Assembly: GCF_009834535.1 (NCBI RefSeq)
Contig: NC_045697.1
Location: forward strand, 32,986,001-33,050,000
DNA length: 64,000 nt
From: Camelus ferus
Lineage: Eukaryota
Direction of reading: 5' to 3'
This document shows, piece by piece, positions 54,760 to 64,000 of the stretch (within the stretch, counting starts at the first letter, position 1; each line of letters starts with the position of its first letter). The translations under genes were made by a program, and so were the position numbers. A model generated the notes under the pieces. It did no database searches. It was not told where the DNA came from and saw only the letters and a program-made list of their open reading frames with translations.

Positions 54760-54990
54760 GTAGCTATTATGTATTGAGTGACTTCTATAGGAGAGACATA
54801 GTGTTTGATATTCACCTCCAATCTTTGAGTTAAATTAAAAACTAAGATTAAATTAAATTAAAAACCATATGAGAGAACACAATTCCGATTTTATAGTTCA
54901 AGAAATAAAATGTTTGGCTGACCTGTGCAAAGTCATACAGCTAAGTGTCAATGTCATATTTTAATCCCAGATTTGTTTTATTTCAAGTCC
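54760..54990 (-). mobile_element. Degraded MIR
   Basis: tagctattatgtattgagtgac...tgacctgtgcaaagtcatacagctaagtg. Confidence 0.5.
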
Positions 54991-55307
54991 TTCATTTGTT
55001 TTGTTTTGTTTTGTTTTGTTTTTTCTCTGCCATTACGTTTTTGGTTTCCAAAACATGGAGGAAAAAGGACTCCTCTCAGGTTTAACTTTTTGAATCAGCC
55101 AACCTGGATTAAAAAATAAAGCAAAATTGTGCTCATTTATCTCATCATCTCCAAATTCTCATATTCTTCAGGCTGTGTACAAAATAATCAACCTCTAAAT
55201 TGCATAATGTCTTAAAGAGGTCTCTGATTTTTGAAAACTTCTCAAAAACAAGTCCTTCTTAGCAGACAAAAGTTCTGCATGTATTTGTGTGTGCTTGAGC
55301 AAATGTT

Positions 55308-55347
55308 TTATATATATATATGTGTGTGTGTGTGTCTGTGTGTGTGT

Positions 55348-55384
<37 letters not shown>

Positions 55385-55418
55385 CCCCTGTCAAAAGTAT
55401 ATATATATATATATATAC
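55308..55418 (+). repeat. Compound (TA)n/(TG)n microsatellite cluster
   Basis: Seen directly. Confidence 0.95.
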
Positions 55419-57695
55419 TTTTAAAAACCCACAGATGGAGTGATGGAGTGCCTACAGAAATAAATCCAAAGTAATAAAGAAAAAAAAAAGAAATGCATAT
55501 ATTTAAGCTAAAAACGATTGTATAGATCAAAAAACTGGCAGCATTGTAGAATTGCAGAAATGTGATTGTTATATATGAATATGACAAGAGAATTTAAGAA
55601 TAACACTGGTCACATTTATTTTTCCTTACTGTTTTGAAGCAATGTTTAATATATTCATACTGACTTTGGAATTATGTCCCTGGCTCTGACAAACCCTCTT
55701 CCCTATATAGAGATATTATCTGAGGCCTCATTCATCACAGTGTCCCACAGGGAATCTGGAGTTGATGGAACTGTATTCTTGTGCAGCATATACGCACATT
55801 ACAAATATTTTTATATGAACAGTACAGTCCTTTTGTTTTGCCTCTACATAGTTAAGTCTGAACTGAACTGAAAAAGCAAAAGAATGGATTTCAAATTTGC
55901 TTAACCAGTATTTTCTGACAGTCGGTTTTTAAGTATTAGAATGAATTATTTAGGGATGTTATGAAATCCATCTTCTCTTGAGAAATCTAAGAGCCAGACA
56001 TTCCTGTCCAGAATATATTTGAGAAAAATCTACCAAGAGACAAAATATTGGATTAGGGTTCTTTCTTCATTTTTGACTCAAGAGTATTTCCCCCTAACAA
56101 TTAATTAGATAAATGCAGCATATCTAAATAGCTATTTTAAGATCTTGTTTCAATTTTTGTATTCAATTTTATACATTAGCTTTGTACTCAAGGCTAGATA
56201 ACAATATTGTATATTCATGCATTTCACTGCAAAGGGAGTAAGTCATCTGCAGAGCTTTCTTAAGTCTGTTTTGGAACAAGGTAGAATGTAAACAAATACA
56301 TTAATTAAAACTAGAGAAAAAAATCTTCTTTTGGTTAATTTGTTCCATTTTAACTAGTGTTAGAAATGTTTCTAAATGGAGAGGTTTGAAATAAATGAAT
56401 GTAAGGCTTTGAAAGAAACTTTAAAATAGATTGTATTTATCAATTTATAACTGTTTTAAACTGTGGTTATATTGTCTATATTTAGTGGCATTGCAGAGTA
56501 CATTAAATTTAGTGGAAATGAAGGAAATCTCAAAAGAATCTTGGAAACTTGGTTTGGTTCAAGCATTTATCACTGCTACTGGGCAAACTTTCTTTTTCTG
56601 TAACTCCTACAGGAAATTTAGTTTCTCTGACTCAATTCTTGTAATCCTCCAACTAGTAAGCAACCAGTGAAGCAAAGAAGGAAGAAAGGATGAAGTGATA
56701 AGAAGAAAATTCTGAATTTAAATCTCTTAACTTCAAAAAAGTTTGTTTTTTTAACTTATGAGAGCTGATTTAATCTTTTCTGTTAATCATTCCAATTTGA
56801 GAAGCTAGCCAAACATAATGAATGGAAAAGAAAGCCATGAGATCTAGAGAGAGATACCCAGAGGGGATGCTGTGAACAAAAATCCCACTGTTTGGTATTC
56901 AAGACAGATTTATTGGTCACGGTGCATTATGCAAAATACAAGAGCCAAAAGAAGTTTTTTCTTGGCAGACCTCTTCCTTTTGCCCACAGTGTATAACCTT
57001 GACAATTAGGCGAGAAGGGTTAAAAAAAAGTAAACACTACTGAAGACAAACTCTCAAAAGGGAGAGTTGGCCCCAAATTAATATATTTATCCTATTCCTG
57101 ATAAAGCACCACTTAGTGGAAAGATGGCTTATATGAGTCCTGGCTTCCATCCTCTTCAAGAAGTGAAGGGAGGTTTCTTGAGTTTCTCTGAAGGTAGGAA
57201 ACCAGTCATCTCTGTTAATCCTAATGTCGACTAGGGCCATTGCTGTTTTCTTCAAGGTGTAACAGGACTTTATATTCACGGTTAAATGGTCCGATAAAGC
57301 AGTGAACAAATATGTACAACATGTAACAAAGCAAAACAAAGAGATAATAATAAAAATGATCCAAATATGGCTCTCCTCTGACCATTCTAATAGTTCAAGC
57401 TTCTTTCATTATGAGCCAGTACTCATAATGCTTTATGCCTCATGCTGATAGATACAGACATCAAAATAACAACAGCACCTACTTCTTAAGCTTTAACTCC
57501 GAACCAGGTTTTGCTTTAATGTGTGATATAAATGTGAGGGAATAAAAAAAATCCAACAGAATGTGCAGTAAGTAAAGGAGTTTTCCCTGCTTGTTTGAAT
57601 TTACCCTCCTCTACTCCACCTCCTAAGACAGACTTGATTATGTCCTTGTATTCGACCATGCAATCTCTCCTCCTAAAGCCATGGAGAGGACAAGG

Positions 57696-57897
57696 CAGGA
57701 GAGGCAAATTGTGGTCCCTGAGTCAGATCTGGCCCAGGGCTTGTTTGTGTAAGGTGTACAGAGCTAAGAATGGTTTTTACACTGAAAGGATTATAAAAAT
57801 AAAACAAAGAATCATATGTAATAGTGATCCTACGTGACCCATAAATCCTAAAATATTTATTATCTGGCATTTCACAGAAGAAGTTTGCCAACCTCTG
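57696..57897. mobile_element. MER58 (C-like) hAT-Charlie MITE
   Basis: Termini caggagaggcaaat / agtttgccaacctctg; internal gagctaagaatggtttttaca and cctaaaatatttattatctggc. Confidence 0.85.
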
Positions 57898-57907
57898 GAT
57901 AACACAT

Positions 57908-58341
57908 TATATTAGTTATCTAGGGCTGTTGTAGCAAGTTATAACAAACTGAGCTGTTTAAAACAGCAGAAATTTGTTCTCTCACGGTTTCAAGTTCAGA
58001 AGTCTGAACTCAAGGTGTCAAGACGGTTGGTTCCTTCCGGAGGAAATGAGGGAGAATCCATTCTATGCCTCTTCCTTAGCTTCAGGGGGTTGTTAGCAAT
58101 CCTGCTGTTCCCTGGCTTTTAGACATATCACTCCATTCGCTTCTCACGGCATTCTCCCCCTGTCTCTTGGTCTCTGTTTTTTCTTGGTCTCTGGGGACAC
58201 CAGTCAGTGGATTAGGACCCACTCTAATCCAGTATGACTTCATGTTAACTAACTACTGAAGGCTCTATTTCCACCTAAGGGCACCTTCCGAAGTTTCCAG
58301 GTGGACATGAATTTTGAGAGGACCCTATTCAACCCAGTGCA
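57908..58341 (-). mobile_element. MLT1B/C LTR, antisense
   Basis: tattagttatctagggctgttgtagcaa...cagaaatttgttctctcacggtt...tgagggagaatccattctatgcctc...ggattaggacccactctaatccagtatgac. Confidence 0.88.
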
Positions 58342-59285
58342 AGCATTTTTTAATTCCTTTTAGGTTTGAGAATGTAGCAAACATTTCCCATCATCAGTCT
58401 GAAAAAATCAGGGTAGCGCTCTTCACCCTGACTCTTCCAACAATAGTCTCACCATAAATGTCCACTTCCACAGAGAGGCATTCTTGATGATGGACTGTAA
58501 GGCAGCTACACAGTTACTCTGTTATCACCCCAGATTTCAGATGTGCTGTCATTTTGCCACGTGATCATGGGATTCCTACCTTTGCCTGAAAAACATGTAC
58601 ATAGAGTTAAATTCCTTCACTAATGGAGGGGATCTCCCCAAACTCTCAATATTCAAGCTTAATGCAGTTTTATTGGTTTTTCTTTTACATTACTTTAGCT
58701 TTGTGAGAAATCTCATGTAGTCATTAAAATATTTACTTTAAAAAAAGCCCTCCTAAAATTCCTAGTTTTCATGGGGTACTTATGGACTCATGAAGAATCA
58801 ATATTATTTTTTAAAAGGAATGTCTTTTTTTCTATGTTATGCAATGAGAATTAGTCAACTCTCAATTAATAAGTTGCAATTATAGCTATCCTATAAAAGA
58901 AAGGAAGTTATAAATAACAACATAACTTGAGAGGGCATCATTTTTACTAGTGCTTTATTTTGACACAGGATAAAATGAATATTAGTATCTTGAAAGATCA
59001 AGGATTAGACAGACTGAAAATGATAACCATTTGAAAATAAATAGACTATTGTTTTGTGTATTAATTAAAATATAATTTAAATAAATTGCAAGGACTTTAC
59101 TACTTATATCTTTCAAATGTGAAACTAATATCACTTCCTAATTATAAAATCTAAAACATCAAATATGTTCCTTTAAGAATATGGATAGCTTCTGGTATTC
59201 CTGATTCCCATAGAATCACTATGTGGGTCTTCTTTCATACATTGATTCACTGTTTTCAGCATCAGAAGCAGTTATGGATAGTAGA

Positions 59286-60207
59286 TGTAAAGGCAAAGAA
59301 AAATTAAAACTAGGTAGTTTAATTCTCCCTGATAAAATATAGAAATAGACTCCTCCCCCTTCCCCACTCTTTCCATAGTATGTTTACTTTAGAAAACTTA
59401 TATGTTGTTTCTTTGTCTCTTTGAAATGTATGCAAATATTTTTAAAAGCTAAATAAGCCTCTTGCCAACGTTAAGCTCCAGGAATGTGTTTCTCCAGGAC
59501 CTGGGAAACATCCCTTTGAAAGTAATCATCAAGGAAGATGGTATCCTTATCCACCAGTTTGAGGGGAGGGTAGTAGAAGCTTAACTGCAGCCAATGCCTC
59601 CTCCAAAATTACCTCCTGTCAGAAAAATATAAGAAGTTTATTTTCCTCTCAATAAAATCAATTAGCTAAAATAGATGGTAACCTCAATTGCCAAGTGGAT
59701 TTAGGATGAACTAAGTGTGACAAATAGTTCTTCCTTTATTTTATTTTATTTTTTTTTTGCACATACACATTATATTGCATGTGAATACATACATACAGTA
59801 TACTGCACATTTTTTTTAGTTTACATATATGTACTAATTATTGTTTCTAAAAACAGATTAGATCTTTAGCTTTTTAAACTTATATAGTTATCAAAGGAAT
59901 AAAGCCAACTACAAAATAAGAATCAACAGAATGAGGTAATCCAAGTATGTTCTTTCAAGTCCTCTTACTTGAGGACTAGTCGTTCTTGAAACTGAGAGCA
60001 TGTATGTAATGGGCGATTCTGCTGGGCTATGTAAAAGGGTGTGATTTCTTTCTGTCTTCACAGTCACTCAGAAGAGTGCCTGTGATGCACAGCCCACTCT
60101 GGTTTAATGCTTATTCAGTAACAAAACTGTTTGCTTTCTCTTCTACCTTTGTTGAGAGGTTTTCCGGGTTGGGAGGAAATTTTGTTTTTAATACTATTTC
60201 CTCTAAA
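59286..60207 (+). mobile_element. MER34-like solo ERV1 LTR, interrupted at 59735-59948
   Basis: ccaggaatgtgtttctccaggacctggga...ggtttaatgcttattcagtaacaaaactg...ctcttctacctttg; perfect 4-bp TSD taga at 59282-59285 and 60208-60211. Confidence 0.82.
59735..59948 (-). pseudogene. 5'-truncated processed retrocopy (probably an mRNA 3' UTR end), source unidentified
   Basis: T-rich tail 59735-59758; variant poly(A) signal AATATA (plus strand tatatt, 59771-59776); TSD gttcttcc / gttctttc; host LTR is continuous across the site. Confidence 0.65.
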
Positions 60208-61069
60208 TAGACCACACTAAGTAATTCATATATGCCCTGAGTTAGCATCCCATTAAAAACTGAATTTATTTTATGCTTTCAGGTATTATCTGTATGAACA
60301 GATTGTCTACTCAAGTAGTTTTTTTTTTTTTAAAAAATGTAGGAGTTTAATCAAATATCTCTTTTTAAAACGTTTGACACTATCATCCTGTAAAAATATA
60401 ACATTAAATCAACAATATAAACTTAGCCTAGGATTTTATGCTTTAACATGTGAAAAATATTTAGATGACTTTTTTTCGGTTTTAAATTATATTTGAGGTA
60501 ATTTCTAATTTTTTTTACCCAATTTTGGATTTGGCTACTTCATATATATAATTTAAAAAGTATTCCTAGTATTGCATGGCTTTGGTAATTAACTCTTTAT
60601 CTAATACTTTTACCTTTAATAGGGCTCACCGTGATCAGTAAACACTAAGTTAATATATAAACAGAATTCTGATCACTAATATCACAGTAACTAAAAGGAT
60701 GTCAGCAACACTAATGGCAAAAGAAAATGTGATGTTGTGATGCTATAAAGACAATTACAGAGATACTGTCCTATCTACTCTTCAAATGATGATACACCTC
60801 CATTGTTTATAGGGAAAAGAGGTAGCATTTCACTTTAGCCTGCTTCGGAGAATTACCAGCTCTTGCCTCTACATCTCAGTAAAGTCACTGCCACTACAAG
60901 GATCCTGTTCCCTTGAACAATAACTGGCAAGGCAGGTGACGGTCTGTTGGTATGACTGTCAGGTCCTCTTACGCCTATAATATTATACTACTGATCTGGA
61001 TAATTCCAAAATAGTAGATTGATTAGAAAGCATGTTGTAGATTTACCTTAAAGATTCCTAGAATTGGTA

Positions 61070-61250
61070 CATAGTTAAAAATATAGAGTCAATGAAATAC
61101 AGATTAAGTCCCAGCTCTGACGTTTACCAACTATGTTAACCAGAAGAAAGTTCTCCATTTGTTCATGTTTCCTCATCAGTAAAAGGAGACTAATCATCCA
61201 AAAGGCTGCATTGAGGACATGATAAAACAATTCATTTCAAAATCTAATGC
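61070..61250 (+). mobile_element. MIR fragment
   Basis: aagtcccagctctgacgtttaccaactatgttaacc...tttcctcatcagtaaaagg. Confidence 0.7.
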
Positions 61251-61639
61251 AGTTTCTGTCTGGGTGTCTTGGAAAGCTTTCTTAGGCTCCTTGCTGATGG
61301 TATGTGTTGTTTATTGTCTTTTCATATTGGTGGAAATGGCCACATGAGCAACACACTCGTGGCCATTGATTATTTCCTATTTGGAACACCTACAAGGGAA
61401 TGCTTTAGTTGTGCATTCAGAGTGCAAATGATTATATAGGATATTGTTGTTATCAGCATACAAAGAAGATTTAAAAGACTTTCCTACTCAGTTTAACTTT
61501 AATGACTAGGTAAAACCTATTTCTGTCCTTGTGAATTCTGTGCTTATTGATATACTTTTCAGGAAATAATCAGGAGAAAATGTCGCCTTCCCTCCTTCTA
61601 ATTGCAGCATTATTGCTAATTCCATTATAGAAGGATTGC

Positions 61640-62200
61640 TGTAGTTAGTATCCAGAGTGGCCCCCCAGTGGACCACGCCTCTGATAGTCACACTGCTGCG
61701 TGTCCCTCCCCACCCCGGCACCGGGGTTGTATTTGGGCTGGCCCTGCGTAACAGATGAAATACAGTGAAACTGACTTCTGAGGCAAAGGCATAAGAAGTC
61801 CTAGTTTCTGCCTGGGTGTCTTGGAAAGTTTATTGGGTAAAGCTGGTGGGTTTCTATGAAGTTTGGCTGTTCTGAACTGTCATTCTGTGAGGAAGCCCAA
61901 ACTAGTCATGTGGAGAGGCAGTATGGAAAGAAAAAGATGCCAGCCAGTCTCCAGCTTTTCCACACATTCCTGCTTAAGTGCCAGGCATGTGAGTAAAGAG
62001 CCATCCGGACTCATGGGCCAATTGTACATTCAGATGACTCCAGCAGAAGCTTGTGGTTTCTGACTAAAACCACGTGTGAACCCTGAATGAGAACTAGCCA
62101 GGTAGGTCCAGGCAACTCACAGAACAGTAAGAAGTAGTAATGTATATTTTTAAGCCGGTGTTTTCTCAGGTAGTCTGTTATATAGCAATACAAATAGGAA
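61640..62200 (+). mobile_element. MLT1 (F/G-like) LTR
   Basis: gtggcccccagtg...tgacttctgaggc...tgtgaggaagcccaaactag...ccaggcatgtgagtaaag...ttttaagcc...ctgttatatagcaata. Confidence 0.8.
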
Positions 62201-62417
62201 TCATTTTCTATGCTTAATTTGAAAAAAATGGAAAAGAATATACCCTTTATTGGATATAGCATGTAGTTATAACTTATATACACTTTGGCCTGAATTGTCC
62301 GAAAACGTTTAAGAATGTGACAAAATCTGACACAAGCCAAAATAATAATAATAATAATAAATCCATACATAGATCAAAAATCCTACCCAGGACTTTGGGT
62401 CTTATGATAGATAGTAT

Positions 62418-62818
62418 CATGCTCTGAATGCATCCTCCCTGCCTCCCCAGCCTCCCACCAATTTGTATGTTGAAACTCTCATTACCCCAGAATGTAAGGA
62501 CTTTTAAAGAGGTGATTAAGTTGAAATGAAGAAGTTAGGGTGGGTCCCAATTCAATCTGACTAGTGTCCTTTTAAGAGGAAATCTGGACAAACTGAAAGA
62601 CACTAGAGGTGCCCACACACAAAAGAGAGACCATGTGAGGACATGGTGAGAAGGTAGCCCTCTATAGGCCAAGAAGTGAGAGACCTCGAAAGAAACCAGT
62701 CCTGCCAACACCTTGATCTTGAACTTCCAGCCTCCAGAACTATGAGAAAATGAATTTCTGTTATTCAAGCCACCTAGTCTGTGGCATTGTGTTATGGCAG
62801 CCCCAGCTGACTAACACA
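62418..62818 (+). mobile_element. MLT1A/B LTR
   Basis: tttaaagaggtgattaagtt...ctgactagtgtcctttt...cctgccaacaccttgatcttgaacttccagcctccagaac...gttatggcagccccagctgactaacaca. Confidence 0.9.
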
Positions 62819-63469
62819 AACACGAAGTAAGAGCTAAGAGTCAGAGTGTTTCCACTGCTGATTAGAGGGGTGCACTGGCTGACGTCTCCAGGGTTGGCTG
62901 GCGTCCTGCTCCTGACCTGTATCAACCTGCATATCTCAGACCTATAGTGGAACCGGGTTATGCCTAGTGATTCTGGCTTGAGATGTTCCATCAGTTCTTT
63001 AGACTCTTTGAAATACTCTGAATGAATCCCTTTTTCTGTTTTAGTTAATCTGATTTGGTTTCTGTCATTTGTAAGCAAAAACACTAACTATAAAAGATCT
63101 CTCCTTCAATACTGATGTTTAGATGAGTCACAATAAACCATACAATGTAAGGAATTCTCCACAAAATGCCTGCAGGTGCTCTTACCGTGGGAGGTACACA
63201 CATTTACAAAAAAATCACTGGTGGAAGAAGAAAAGTGTTATTACATTTAGTAATAATATAGGAGGATGCAAAGTTTGCTTAGTGAGATATTTAGATAGTG
63301 CTACAAAATAATGACAATAATCATACTAATAATAACTTGTTACTATTATGTTAAACAAGAAGGGGTTGTCAAGTGCTTATGAACGGCTGTTTTAATAATG
63401 GACTGTATGAAAGAGCTCAACAATGTCATTGCTTTAGAATTAAACTGGTAAGTTGTGACATTTCTAAGG

Positions 63470-63620
63470 GCTGCTTTTAGAGAAAGACAAATCTGTGCTT
63501 GAATTCTGACTGTGTTATCTAATAGACGTGGCCTTCAGTAAGTTATTTTCATCATCTCCAAAATAAGGATAATGTCTCACGTAGAATTATTCTAAATATT
63601 TAAAGAGAAAATGTATGCCA
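63470..63620 (+). mobile_element. MIR fragment
   Basis: gcttgaattctgactgtgttatctaatagacgtggccttcagtaagttattt...aaaataaggataat. Confidence 0.55.
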
Positions 63621-64000
63621 GATATTAACATTAGGATACAACAAAGCCCATATTTTCTTATTTTAAAGTCCACATCTCTTTCAGAAGTAGAAGGAGGATA
63701 TGGTTAACTTGCCAAGAAAACTAACTTTAGTCTCTTCTTAAAGTAAACAGTCTACCTCAATGTAACACAATCTCTTTGGGGCAAATATTCAGTTAATTGG
63801 AAGTTAACTACTTAACAAGGGTAATTCTGTCCTCTCAAGTGATGACCTTTCTTCTACCCACTTACCTGAGAAGATTCCTTGATGTTAGCAAACACATAGG
63901 TGACTTTGTGGCAGCAAGAATAAGGCAATTTGTTCTCGTGCTGGCACTTAAGTTCTGCAGTTCTCAAATCTTGATTCCCCAAGAAATGTATCGTCTCCTA

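Overview
AT-rich, CpG-poor mammalian non-coding DNA (intergenic or a large intron). It is very probably camelid, because it carries a head-to-tail pair of tRNA-Ala-derived SINEs of the vic-1 type at about 17.6-17.8 kb, along with cetartiodactyl-type L1 3' ends and LTRs. I cannot support any protein-coding exon or functional RNA gene. The listed ORFs are chance frames or decayed L1 ORF2. The window is a mosaic of old repeats: L1M and younger L1 fragments, L2, MIR, MLT1/MaLR LTRs, MER58 hAT elements, and four solo ERV LTRs (ERV2-like, ERV1-like, MER41-like, MER34-like). I see no new multi-gene system. The notable items are small mechanistic fossils: (i) a solo LTR with an extra PBS/tRNA-like 16-18 nt inside an 8-bp duplication; (ii) a poly(A)-tailed, non-repeat retrocopy inside the MER34-like LTR; (iii) two short locally templated copies, one with a patchwork structure suggesting polymerase-theta repair; (iv) a twin-primed, 5'-inverted L1; (v) a SINE dimer; (vi) a near-perfect 3x35-bp tandem repeat. 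Repeat family names come from remembered consensus sequences, not a search, and boundaries of old repeats are approximate.
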